Under the pieces are notes generated by a model, which saw only the letters and a list, made by a program, of their open reading frames with translations, had not been told where the DNA came from and ran no database searches. Both the position numbers and the translations under genes were made by a program. From Octopus sinensis (Eukaryota), in the NCBI RefSeq assembly GCF_006345805.1, contig NC_043006.1, positions 28,210,001-28,274,000 on the forward strand: a stretch of 64,000 bases of DNA, in the 5' to 3' direction. Positions 1 through 44,574 of the stretch are shown here, one piece after another (the stretch's first letter is position 1; each line of letters starts with the position of its first letter).

Positions 1-31748
<31,748 letters not shown>

Positions 31749-33149
31749 TGAGAATGTAAGAAGAATTTACAGCTTGTTTACCAAATGTATTTCTTTAAGA
31801 GAATCATGCCAAAGAACTGCAATGCCTGTTGATTCATATTCTTGATTCCCTTCCAGTTGCTATCAGCCTTTTGAGTGTTTTTTTTTCTTCTGTTACTTGT
31901 CGTTTAATATTGACTTTTTAGTTTCATATAGATACTCAACAACTTGTTTTTTTTTTCTCAACCTCTCTCAATCTTCCTTTCTATATTCCTATTTCCCTTT
32001 CTTTCTTTCTATATTTCTTTCTTTCTTTCTTAACCTCTCATTTTATTTCTCTCTAATTCAACTTCTGTAATTCTCAGATACTTTTTCCCCAATCCTTCAC
32101 TATATTCAAAGATAAAGTGTCTATTTAAGATGTGCCAGTATAGTCCTTCACAGTCTCGATTACATTTCAGTAAAATACAATACCTCTTCATTATGTGTTG
32201 TTTGTTATTTATTTTATTGTAATCATTTGGGGTTGGTTTCATGGAAGTCTATTCAGGCAGTGTGAGAGCAGACATTGCCCCTACTTTGTGGACATTATCC
32301 CTACTTGTCAGATTAAATGAATTAATTTTTCAGAAAAGTAATCCCAAGGGATCTTATAATGGTATGTCTGGATTCAACAAAAAAGGGTGCACAATGATAA
32401 TGCATGGCTTAATATATGTTCTAAGTTCAATTTCTGCCAGTCAATGAAATAAGTACCAATTAAGGACACAGGTTGATGTAATTGACTAACCATTCCTCTC
32501 AAGAATTTCAGACCTTGTGCCTATAGGAGACTTATCCATATGGCAGTAAATTGGTTGAGTTGTTGGCATGTCAGTATTTGTTCCAGCTCTTTATGTTCTA
32601 GGTTCAAATCCTGCCAAAGTCCACTTTTTGTTGTCACCATGACCTGATGAAACACTGACTTAGGCTCAGATGATTCAATTAATTTAGTCAATTAATTAAT
32701 TATGCACATCTGTTCCATGTTTGTGGCATTTTTACACCAATATAAAAAAAATAGTCACAACTGAGGGCTGGACCATGGTAGGAACATAAAGTTCTCAGTT
32801 TCAGTTGTCCTTTCCCCCTACCCTACCGTTCTGTCTTGGACTGATGTAATAAGAACTGATCAACTCTGGGTGTTGATCTATCCCTGAATTTGTGGGATTG
32901 TACCCATGTTCCAGTGTTTATATTCTGTTACCTGTGTCAGCCATTAGACTGCAGATATGATGGTAACTGCTGTCAAGAATTTTAGCTGATTATTTGTAAC
33001 ATATTACTTTGTAACATATTACTGTTTTGAATTATTGAGTTCTGTTTTTAAAGAATTTCTTCCATTTAATAACATGAATGCTATTGAAGGTATTTACACC
33101 AATATACACAAACATAGATATAAGCACACACACGCACACACATGTATAC

Positions 33150-33345
33150 ATGCATATATATATATAACCGGAAAGTTTACGAAAATAAACAAAAGACGAA
33201 GGCAGGTGGAGTACAAACAAACAAATGTATTGGTATAGCGCTCAGGAACAGAAATAGAAAAAGTCTTTTACGTTTCGAGCCTACGCTCTTCGACAGAAAG
33301 ATACACAGAAAAAAACAAGGAAAGAAACAAGGAGAGAAAAAAAAG
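33150..33345 (-). mobile_element. PLE-type family H repeat with hammerhead-like motif at 33265-33300
   Basis: Minus strand: CTTT-CTGTCGA-A-GAGC-gtag-GCTC-GAAAC-GT-A-AAAG; ends in (TA)n. Confidence 0.65.
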
Positions 33346-34719
33346 CGTGTAGGAGCTAACAATCTATCATGGCATCCTATATGTATATCATATCATATCA
33401 TCATCTGAGCATAAAAAATAACGATAATAAAACAAGAGGATGTACATATGGAATGTATTAGCTTGACACTCAGTAAAGGCGATCTTTTCACTGCTCAGAC
33501 TGAGAAGTGAGCTGCTGAAAAATTAAAAGAATGGTTTATCTTCATCCAGCACTTTAAGAAATTGCTTCATAATGGCAAGTCTGATACAGAAAGGAGGTAG
33601 GATGATCTTTCTTGGTGGAACTAAAGGTTCTTCAACTGCATCAAAAGACTCTGGGACTAACGTTTGCTGCAGTCATTCTTTTTCCCTGGCTCTGTTGTCC
33701 CACATACATAAGAAGCATGGATATTTGGTGTATCCAGTTTGTGGTACCTCGACTTTGTATTTTCAACGATAGCCAAATTCCACCGAGGTTGACTTTACTT
33801 TCATTCTTTTGGGGTCAATAAATTAAGTACCAGTTGCATATGTAATCAACTGGCCCACCTCCCCTAAAATTTCAGGCCTTGTGCCTATAGTAGAAAGGAG
33901 TATTTTCTACTATAGCCATGAATCAACTGAAACATTGTGAGTGAAATGCAGTGGAGGGAAACTGTGCAGAAGCCCATTGTGTGTGTATCCTTGTTTATGT
34001 TTATAGTTACACTGCTTAAAAACTGGTGTTGTTGTTTATGTCCTAGAACTTAGTAGTTTAACAAACAGACATTAACAAATTAATAGTGTAAGTTAAAAAA
34101 TAAGTGCTTGGATCAATATAAACAACAAAAATCTAGAATGCAGTGTTCCCGCATGGCTGCAGTTCACTGATAGTAATGAGTAAAAGTATATCATCAAATT
34201 TTGAAGGGTGCTGTTAATGAAATATCTATAAATGCCTGTTTTTGTATATATTTTACTGGAGTTGATCATCAACTACTATAAAATAAATAAAAATATATTT
34301 GCCCTTAAAAATTTTGAAGGTGGTGTTAGTCTGAGTTAAAAATAATAATGAGCTTATTGCATAGAGTGCATACAATTTGTCAGAAAAGGTAAAAAGAGGA
34401 GACAAAAAGCAGATATGTAAGTTGAGTAAAGAAAGACAGCAATGAAAGCTAGAAGTATTTGCATAGTGCACAGAATATAACACTAAATGACAGAAAAATG
34501 ATCAGTAAGATCCATAAAGGGGAAAATGTGCATAGAAATGTTGGGAGTTGTGGTGATAAATTTTGAGAAGCTTGCAATTTTTGAAGGATGCAGCGTTCAG
34601 ACAGCTAACAATGGATATGGATAGTTTATTCTTTGCTTCAACAATTCTGAGTGTGAGAAAGGTTTCTAAAAGTCATGTGTGTTCATTGCATTTTGATTTT
34701 ATAAGAATATCACAAGTGG

Positions 34720-34960
34720 TAAAGCACCATCCGATCGTGGCTGTTTGCCAGCCTTGTCTGGAACCTGTGCCAGTGGCATGTAAAAAGCACCCACTACACT
34801 CATGGAGTGGTTGGCGTTAGGAAGGGCATCCAGCCGTAGAAACATTGCCAGATCAGACTGGGCCTGGAGCAGCCTTCTGGCTTCCCAGACCCCAGTTGCA
34901 CCGTCCAACCCATGCCAGCATGGAAAGCGGACGCTAAACGATGATGATGATGATGATGAT
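34720..34960 (+). mobile_element. RTE-clade LINE 3' end
   Basis: Same terminus and (GAT)n tail as the other copies. Confidence 0.75.
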
Positions 34961-34969
34961 CACAAGTAG

Positions 34970-35400
34970 TAGAGGTACTGAATTCAAAAAAGTAACCAAA
35001 GTTGTTTTTGAAAACATGGTGGATAATCTTGTGGGCTTCTACCAAATCAGCTACAAGGTGTTGAAGCTTTAGTATGTCGATTCCCAGAGAAGCAATATGT
35101 CAAAGATATGGTAAGTGACTGACAGAGCATTTGTCTGGTTGTACATCTCTTGAGAGCTTCCAGTAAATGGATAATTCATAGTTTATAACTCAGAACTTCT
35201 GGGAAAAAGATGTATTAAAGGCAATGACAGATGCAGTTGTAAAGGGTTCCAACTGAATTTGGTCAAAGAGGAATGAAAGTGTACTTCAGAATGCATAACT
35301 TAGCCTATGTATCACTGGTATGGTGTTACAACATTCAGGTCATCTTGGCTCAGGGTACCTTGACCACCCAGGAATGTACAGACTGCAAATGCAGACAGTA
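34970..35400 (-). mobile_element. CR1/L2-like LINE ORF2 C-terminal relic
   Basis: Minus strand: HLPYL*HIASLGIDILKLQHLVADLVEAHKIIHH, resembling the L.Y.ERL..LG...L..RR..ADL...KI motif. Confidence 0.55.
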
Positions 35401-36699
35401 GACAAAAATGTGACAGCAGATGGGTATCCAGGAGTTATGACTTAGATGTGGTCTGGCTCCTTTAGCATGAAAAGAAGTTAAGGCCAGAAATATATGAAGG
35501 GGTGAGGGGTGAGGGTGCAGGCCTCTTCTTTGAAGATCTGCTGGTCAGTTCTCTCTAGTGTTTGCTACAACAATAACAACAATTGCCTCCCCCCCCACCA
35601 CCACCATCTGCAAATGAGCAAACTTGGTCAGATCCATTGTAAAATAACACACATATCTGCACTTGTGTGATTAATAATTTGTAAAGATTTGGACATGTAT
35701 GTACATGTATTTGTATGTGTGTGTGTTTGTACATGTGTGCATGTATTTGTGTGTGTGTGTGTGTGAGTGTAGAAAAGTGTGCTAAGAGAAATTACTCGAA
35801 ATGGTCAGTGGTATGTATTTGAACAACATACTAGATACTAGTCAGTTAAATACCTTACAACAAAAATTCTTGATATATTAAAATTATCTCCACCTCTAGA
35901 GGATCTATCATAATTACCAAATGGCAATTAAGACCAGCACCAGCTGAGAAGGAGAGATTCAAGAACTGACACGTTAAAGAAAGGAACAGACTTATCATCT
36001 GGAGATGGTGGACAAGTGATTCTAGCTTGTTAGTCTTCATCAGTATGACAAAAATTCATTCTTATTCCCAGCAGCCAAAGAACTTAGATTTTGCAAACAG
36101 AGTAGAAAACTATTATGGTTCAGGTAATTTGAATAATTTAAGCAAAAATGAGCTAAGAGAAGTTATTTAGGTCATAGCCTTAATAGCCTGTCAGTTTTGG
36201 AGAATTCTCAAATCTTTAGATTATCTCCCTTCCCTAAGTGGAACTGGTCATAATTGCCAAATGGCAATTATGATACATCTCCTAGACGTAGTTTTAATAC
36301 ATCAAGAATTTTGTTGTAAGGTTGTAAATTATATAACACGCTGGTATTTGTTTATGTTTGTGTGTACAGTTGTGATATTAACTATTTTGAGTGTTTACCT
36401 GTGAGAGTGCATGTTTGTATGTTTGTATGTGTGCATGTACTTTGTTTAGATGACAATGCTTTACTGTGTTTATGTTCCTCTTCTTTTTGTTGTGTGTTTG
36501 TTTTTAAAAGATGGTGTCTATGTTATTGTCATCAACATCATCTTCATTACATCCATTTTTCTATGTTTGCATGGGTTGAATGGGTTTATTCCAGTACAAT
36601 GTCTCACTGTTTGCTGCAGTTCTTTGTCATCTCCTTTGTAAGTTTTAATTTTCACCACTTCTTCCTATGTCTTCCTCTTCCTCAGTTTCCTTTCACTTA

Positions 36700-38700
36700 C
36701 ATTGATCAGCACATCTTTACCCGCCCACTGTTTCCCATATGTATTACATGTCCATGCTAGCATGCACTTCTCTCCAGCATGTATCTACATCTACTTTCTC
36801 TTATACCCAGTTTTTCTCTCAGTTTATTTCTGTTCCACTGCTTTTGCACAAAATCATTACACATCCAGCAGATGATATTCACTTCATTTCTTCCCAGCCT
36901 TCAAAACATCCTCCACATTTAATGCCTATGTTTTGCTCCCGTACAACATCACAATTTGCACACACATACATCATAATACAGTTTGATTTTCACATAAAGA
37001 AAGAGAATCCCTCTGCTGCCAACAGAAGTAATAGCTTCCTGAACTTTTACTACCCCATTCTTACTCTGGCTACAATGCTTTTGGGGCACTGATCTCCCCT
37101 GCTAATGAGATCACTTTGGTAACAAAAGCTGTCGGATACTTCTATCCAGGTGTTCTTAGTGCTAACTACTATGCATCAGCTACATGTAAAGTCTATTTTC
37201 TCTGTCAGCCTATCTGTGGTCCAACTACACCTGTGTGCATCACATACACAGTATGGAATTCCTACCAACTTCTTTTCTATACTGAAAGTGGCAACTTCCT
37301 TGATGTCACTCTTGAGTTCTTTCCTGTAAACTAAAACCTTTGTTTTTGTTAGGTTTACTTTCAGACATTTCAATATTTGGCTTAGCTTCAATGTATGGAA
37401 TTTCTCTTGTAATTCTTTGACAGATTTAGCTAGAAGAGATAGGTTATGGCCTTACAAGAATTCCTACAGATAACCTGTCCAAAACTCCTCTGCTATTACA
37501 TGGAAAACTATCAAATATTAGAGGAGACAGGGAACTGATGGACATCTACCAGCAAACTCAAATTCCCATTGAACTTTTTGCCAATACTCACCTAGTATAT
37601 CTTAGTATATAGCTTGCATGCCTCTCAACTCCTTTATCTATACCTGGATTCCTTAGAAACTACCTGATTACATTGTACCCTGTCGAAGACCTTTTCTTGG
37701 ATGATGAATAATAAATATAGTGACTTACTCTGAGCTTAAAAGTTCTCTTGTAGTTGTCTTACTAGGAAGAAGACATGGGTGGCACAAATCTGAACTGCAT
37801 TTCATCTAAGTTTATTCACTTCCTGATTAGTTTGTGCTTATTCACTTCCTAATTAGTTTGTACTATAACTCTTGACTCTTGCTGTTACTTTCACAACATG
37901 GTCTATCAGTTTGCTGCCTCTGTAATTGCTTCTTTCTATGAGGACTGCTCTGCACATGTTGCAGATGATGATGATATTGTAATATAAGGCGGTGAGCTGG
38001 CAGAAACGTTAGCATGCCGGGCGAAATGCTTAGTAGTATTTCGTCTGCGTTACGTTGTGAGTTCAAATTCCGCCGAGGTCGACTTTGGCTTTCATCCTTT
38101 CATCCTTTGGGGTCGATGTAATCGACTTAATCCATTTGTCTGTCCTTGTTTGTCCCCTCTGTGTTTAGCCCCTTGTGGATAATAAAGAAATAGATATTGT
38201 AATGTCAAGTTTTAGCTATGATACATCCCTGTACTATGTCATGTATTGACTGAGTGACTATCCATTACTTTGCTTCACTGGATATTTTCAGTATCTTAGC
38301 AACGACACTTGATGGTCCAGCTGCTTTCCCTGCCTTCATATTTTTAATGGTCCTTTCAACTGTACAACTGTCAACATTTCAATAGCTGCTCCACCCCATC
38401 TCTCTCACTGTTGGGTCTACTTTGGACAGTCCCTCTTTCTCCCAAGCTTTCTCCTCAATCAGTAACCTCCTGTAGCTTATTTCTAGACCACTTTCTTTCT
38501 CATCAATGATGGCATGTGCACTGCTATAATTCCATACACACTCTTCACCATTGATGTTTTCTTTATACTGGCGCACCACTTTACAATCTTGAATACATCT
38601 TGTCCCTGATCTCACTGCAGAACATAGTAAATCTCTTACTTTCAATTTCCTCCCCATACTACATAAACCTGACATCTAGCTATATAGCTTTGTGCCACCT
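36700..38700 (-). mobile_element. Degenerate RTE-clade LINE with an inserted SINE (37985-38192)
   Basis: KAGKAAGPSSVVAKILKISS (~38280-38340); KSVKELQEKF and LKVNLTKTKVLV...RLTEKIDFTC (37176-37450). Confidence 0.65.
37985..38192 (+). mobile_element. tRNA-derived SINE family A, young copy
   Basis: TAAGGCGGTGAGCTGGCAGAAACGTTAGC, B-box GAGTTCAAATTCC, CpGs intact. Confidence 0.9.
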
Positions 38701-39120
38701 GACATATATACAGCTTGGTGTCAGGTGATACCAAGCTATATACACCCGGCACCGAGCTATATACTCCTGACATTTAGCATCATATACCTGATGTCTAGCT
38801 AGACATTTAACTACATATCTGACATATTTGCTATATACATCAATTGTCTAACTACATATAGCTGAGTTTGAGTCTCTATTAACATGTGTCTCTGTGTGTA
38901 TATTCTCATGTAGCTGCCTGATGTTCCTTGTTCCTACCACTTTCTGCCAATCTTTCTCAGCTGTCTCTTTATGTTTCTTATTGCTATATTTACAGTAGCA
39001 TTCAACTACCATGTTGTCTTTCATCTGACTGGAAACTTGTTCCATCCACAACCTTTATCCACAGTTTGCGACAGGTTATCATATGGAAGTTTCCAATTGC
39101 TCTACATAAGTCTCTAAAAC

Positions 39121-39425
39121 CTCCTCCTCCCCCTCTTGCTCCTCCTCCCCCTCTTGCTCCTCCTCCCCCTCCTCATCTTCTTCTCCCTCTTCCTCCTCCG
39201 CCTCCTCTTCTCCCTCTTCCTCCTCCACCCCTCCTCCTCTTCTCCCTCTTCCTCCTCCCCCTCCTCCTCTTCTCCCTCTTCTTCCTCCCCTGCTCCCTCT
39301 TCCTCCTCCTCCTCTCCTCCTCCTCTCCTCCTCTCCTCCTCTCTCCTCCTCCTCCTCCTCCTCCTCCTCCTCCTCCTCCTCCTCCTCCTCCTCCTCCTCC
39401 TCCTCCTCCTCCTCCTCCTCCTCCT
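39121..39425. repeat. (CCT)n-rich polypyrimidine tract
   Basis: ~305 bp almost purely C/T on the + strand. Confidence 0.97.
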
Positions 39426-39737
39426 GCCACCATCACTATCATCACCAACATCATCTGCTAGTGCTTCATTAAATCTATCTCTTACCAAGATATCCTATAT
39501 CTTCTGTATTTTCCTTCACCAGATTGTCACGTTATCTCTGAGGCCCTTTAACGTTTGTTGACTGGTACAATCTTTATCAGGAAAGGACTTTCAGTATTCA
39601 CAACCAGTTGCTTATCACATTTCTTAATGGGAACAAAGTCTGTGAGGCTTGCTTGTTTGGGTGATTTGGTCAGAAAGGTCAGGAGACTGGCTAGCTTCCT
39701 GAAGTTGGTGTTGCAAATAGTTGGGCCATTTTTTTTT

Positions 39738-40150
39738 TTACTTGTTTCAGTCATTTTGACTGTGGCCATGCTGGAGCACCGCCTTTAATTGAGCAACTCG
39801 ACCCCGGGACTTATTCTTTTGTAAGCCCAGTACTTATTCTATCGGTCTCTTTTGCCGAACCGCTAAGTAACGGGGACATAAACACACCAGCATCGGTTGT
39901 CAAGCAATTGCTAGGGGGACAAACACAGACACACAAGCACACACATGCATATATATATATATATATATAGATATATACATATATACGATGAGCTTCTTTC
40001 AGTTCCCGTCTACCAAATCCACTCACAAGGCTTTGGTCGGCCCGAGGCTATAGTAGAAGACACTTGCCCAAGGTACCACGCAGTGGGACTGCACCCGGAA
40101 CCATGTGGTTGGTAAACAAGCTACTTACCACACAGCCACTCCTGCGCCTC
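39738..40150 (-). mobile_element. tRNA-derived SINE family B, full length
   Basis: Head GGAGTGGCTGTGTGGTAAG, GGGTGCAGTCCC, internal (TA/CA)n, tail gactgaaacaagtaaaa. Confidence 0.9.
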
Positions 40151-41133
40151 ATTTGCATCATAAAACTCCATTTGCACTGCCACTCCATTTGCATCATAAA
40201 ACTCAAGAACTTTGAACTTTTTCCTTCCTTGCATCACATCCATAAGCCCCACTGTGTTTGTATTTGAGTGTGTGTGTGTGTGTGTGTTTGAGAGAGAGAG
40301 GGACAGACAAAGAGATGTTAGATGGTAGAAGGATCATCATAATGTGTAATTTTTCATATATCATACTGCAAATATGCTTATGCGTGTTTAAGAGTGTAAA
40401 TGTATGTATATAAGTTTGAGTGTACATATGCATGTATATGTAAAATGCATGCTTTTATATGAATGTATACATCTGTGTCTATTTAAATGTGTCAGTGTTA
40501 ACATGTGTATGTGCTTGAGTATGTAGGTTATATACATATGTATGTATATGCATGTATGTACATATATACATATCCTTACATGTATATACACACACGTGTG
40601 TGTATTTGTGTGTGTGTGTGTACATATATATACATGTATGTATGTATGTACATCACATCTCCTGTGTTTGTGTGACAATACAAGGCAATGAAGAGAAAGA
40701 GAGAGAGTGACAGAGAGAAAGCAAGAGAATGTCTGTGTGTGAGTGTGTGTGTGTGTTAAAGAAGAGTCAGATTGGTTGATAAATATGTGAGGAAAAGCTG
40801 GTTGGGTGCAGCAGGCAACCTTTGACTTCTCTAACGCAGTCACATCTAAAATGCTTAATTAGCCTCTATTATTACCAATATTGAATCTCTTTGAAACATC
40901 CATGAGCAAATGTCATGAGAAGAAAAAGCAGGACACATTTTACTTGTCTCTCTTTCTCTCTGCCTCTTGGCCGTGTTATAACATTAGAGAATACAGACAG
41001 GAACATCATCAGTCACCGTCAACAGCTGCAGAGACAATCTGGGAAATCACAAACATCCAACTAGAATGGCGCTGATATTACCCCATAATATATAAGGAAG
41101 ATTCTCCAGCCAGTAAGTTTAATTCATTTTTTA

Positions 41134-41180
<47 letters not shown>

Positions 41181-41871
41181 AACGTTATTGTTATTAATAT
41201 TGATGTGTGTCAATGAACTTGAGTATTACTGTAATTTCTCTACATTTGCTTATTATCCACCTCTGCTAAGACTGTAAAAATAAGTACCAGTTGTATACGT
41301 AGGTAAATTTAACTAACAAAAAAAAAAGAAAAAATGTCTTTGGATCAGTCAAAAGTAAACCTTACTACTGGGGTGTCAAAGAAAACAGGTAAAAGACCCC
41401 AGTGCTCAACTAGGGCTTATTTTATCGATCCCCCAAAAGAATGAAAGGTAAAGTCAACCTTCATAGAATTTGAACTCAGAACATAAAGACAGATGAAATG
41501 CCAATAATAGTAATAATAACAATAATTGCTCTTTACTCTTTTACTCTTTTACTTGTTTGTTATTGCCTGCTTTAAGTAAAGAATAACCAGTAATTAAGAA
41601 CTATCTGAGAGTCTTTCAGAATAACAACAACAACAACAACAATAATAATGATAATAATGATTTTAAATTTTGGTACAAGGCCCGTAATTTCGAGGGAGGA
41701 AGTAAGTTGATTATACTGATCCCAGTGCTTAACTGGTATTTATTTTATTGATTACAAAAGAATGAAAGGCAAAATCAACCCTGGCAGCATTTGAACTCAG
41801 AACATAAAGTTAGACAAAATATTGTTAAGCATTTTGCCTGGTTTACTAACAATTCTGCCAGCTTAATAATA

Positions 41872-41902
<31 letters not shown>

Positions 41903-41914
41903 TAGTAATAATAA

Positions 41915-42454
41915 CTGAAGGAGAAAATGTAACCATTCTGTGGGACTTTCCAGTACATACAGGCCAATAAACCAGATATTGTTGTGAAAGACCAAAACAA
42001 TAAAGTTTGCTTATTGATCAACATGAGCATCCCCTTTGATCATAATATCTCAGCGAAAGAGTTTGACAAGCTCAGAAAATATAAAGACCTACTCATTGAA
42101 ATTGAGAAAATGTGGCATCTCAAGGCGGTTACAATACCAGTGATCGTAGGAGCACTAGGAATGATCAAGAAGGGAACCGAAAATTATATGAGAATGATCC
42201 CTGGCTTACCATCCCTGCAAGAAGTGCAAAAGATCGTCTTAACTGGTACATCACATGTATTGAGAAGAGCATTGTCAATGTGAGAATTGTTGCTGCTCAT
42301 GTATTTTAATTTAACTTAAAAAAAAAAATTAAAAAAATGAACGAACTATTGAGTTTGGTGTAATGGCCTACCGATGTATACTATGAGTTTCTTTGCCCTA
42401 GGAGTCGGGAAGACACTCGGCAAGAAATGGAAGCAAATTTGAAAGAAGAAAAAA

Positions 42455-42456
<2 letters not shown>
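41915..42456 (+). mobile_element. 5'-truncated non-LTR retrotransposon with restriction-like endonuclease (R4/Dong-like)
   Basis: VTILWDFPVHT / ANKPDIVVKD...LINMSIP...KLRKYKDL...IPVIVGALG; flanked on both sides by (AAT)n. Confidence 0.85.
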
Positions 42457-42497
<41 letters not shown>

Positions 42498-42622
42498 TAG
42501 TAGTAATAATAATAACAATAATAATAATAACAATAGTAATAATAATAATAGTAATAATAATAATAATAACAATAACAATTATAACAACAACAACAACAAC
42601 AACAACAATAATAATAATAATA
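42457..42622. repeat. (AAT)n/(AAC)n microsatellite
   Basis: Direct reading. Confidence 0.97.
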
Positions 42623-42999
42623 AACCTTTCTACAAAAGGCACAAAGCCTGAAATTTGGAGGGAGAGGACGAGTTGATTGCATCAACTCCATTGTTTCACT
42701 AATACTTAATTTATCAACCCTGAAAGGATGAAAGGCAAAGTCAACCTTGGCAGAATTTGAACCCAGAATGTAGCAACAGCAGAAATACTTAATAATGATA
42801 GTTTCAAATTTTGGCACAAGGCCAGCAATTTTCAGGAGAGGGGTGAAGTCAATTACACTGACCCCAGTGCTCAACTAGTGCTTATCTTATCGACTCCCAA
42901 AAGAATGAAAGGTAAAGTCAACCTTAATAGAATTTGAACTCAGAACATAAAGACGAATGAAATGCCATTAATAATAACAATAATTATTCTTTACTTTTT

Positions 43000-43392
43000 T
43001 ACTCTTTTACTTGTTTCAGTCATTTGACTGTGGCCATGCTGGAGCACCGCCTTTAGTTGAGCAAATCGACCCCAGGACTTATTCTTTGTAAGCCTAGTAT
43101 TTATTCTATTGGTCTTTTTTGCCGAACCGCTAAGTCATGGGGACGTAAACACACCAACATCGGTTATCAAGTGATGTTGGGAGGGACAAACACAAACATA
43201 TACATACATATATATATATATATACATACATATGACAGGCTTCCTTCAGTTTCCATCGACCAAATTCACTCACAAGGCTTTGGTCGGCCTGAGGCTATAG
43301 TAGAAGACACTTGCCCAAGGTGCCACGCAGTGGGAATGAACCTGGAACCATGTGGTTGGGAAGCAAGCTACTTACCACACACCCACTCCAGT
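43000..43392 (-). mobile_element. tRNA-derived SINE family B
   Basis: Collinear with the copy at 39738-40150. Confidence 0.88.
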
Positions 43393-44119
43393 GCCTAATT
43401 ATTGGAATATTTAATAATTGTACAAGGCCATAGGTTTTGAAGGGAGAGGCACAGCTGATTAAATCTTGGCTGGCTGGGAGGCTTAATTTGTTGTCAAGTT
43501 TAACATTTGTACTGTTAGGTATCTTTAGTGGAAACCTACTCTGTTGCAGTTATCAAAGTAAGTCTTTAATCTGAAGATAACTTCCAACTCTTTCCTCCCA
43601 CTCTCTTTCCAACTCTTTCCTCCCACTCTCCTTGAAGTAAAGGATCTCAAGCCCTTCCTTCTCTGTTTAAGCAATTAAAAGATATTTATCTAATTATATT
43701 TTTATCATTTAGTCAAGAAAGGAAGAGGCAGCACTTATGAAGCTTTATGCAATTGGGGGTTCTGCAACTGGTATCTTCAAACTGGAGACTTGGTCCAAAT
43801 GTTTACAAGAGAGTGGTATCTACTAAAGGATCCAATGATCAAATGAGAGTGGTGCATTATGTTAATCATACATACATACATACATGCATACATACATGCA
43901 TACATACATACATGCATGCATGCATACATACATGCATACATACATGCATACATACATGCATACATACAATAAGTATCCAAACTGTTGCCATAGTAACAAA
44001 GCTAAAACACGCAGAGTGAAGCTACTCTGTACAGATTGACCTTAAACTTTGCTGTGCATGTGCACTAAGTTTTAACATTCTAGCTCACTTTCACTTTTTG
44101 CAGCAGTGCTTGGAAGGAA

Positions 44120-44574
44120 GGTGTGTAGCGTGTGATTGTCGCATTGACCATAATAGAGAAACTTGTCATGGCAATACCTGCTCAGAGGCCTACGCAAAGT
44201 CACAGAAAGTGTATGGAGAGGAGTGTATGAGCTGCACAGAAGTGTACGAGTGGTTCAGACATTTCCATGATGGCCGAAAAAATGTCGATATTGATGAATG
44301 TTCTGGGAGATCATCAACTAGAAGAACTGAGAAAAACATCACAGTTGTGCATACAGCTGTGAGGGGAAATCGTCGAATCACCATCCATGAGTTATCAGAG
44401 GATGTGCAGATTAGTTATGGTTCAGTTCAGTCCATAATCACTGAAGATTTGTGTATGAGATGCATGTCTGCCAAGTTTGTGTCAAAACAACTTTCAGCTG
44501 ACCAAAAAGACATTCAGGTTTCAGTTGCACAAGATCTCCTTGAATGTGTTGAGAATGATGAAAACTTTGTGTAG
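44120..44574 (+). mobile_element. Mariner transposase fragment (N-terminal HTH region)
   Basis: EAYAKSQKVYGEECMSCTEVYEWFRHFHDGRKNVDIDECSGRSST...NRRITIHELSEDVQISYGSVQSIITEDLCMRCMSAKFVSKQLS. Confidence 0.9.

Noticed and set aside
32650-32680. cCTGATGAAAC motif
   Set aside because: No helix II/GAAA/UH arrangement follows.
34970-35116. Apparent + strand exon ending in ATG|GTAAGT at ~35111
   Set aside because: It lies antisense within a CR1/L2-like LINE relic, with no good acceptor or recognisable peptide.
39114-39561. Long ORFs rich in poly-Pro, Arg, Glu or Leu
   Set aside because: Translations of the (CCT)n tract; no splice or domain support.
42346-42874. ORFs of 60-158 aa with poly-N, I or Y
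   Set aside because: They arise from the (AAT)n microsatellite plus SINE sequence.
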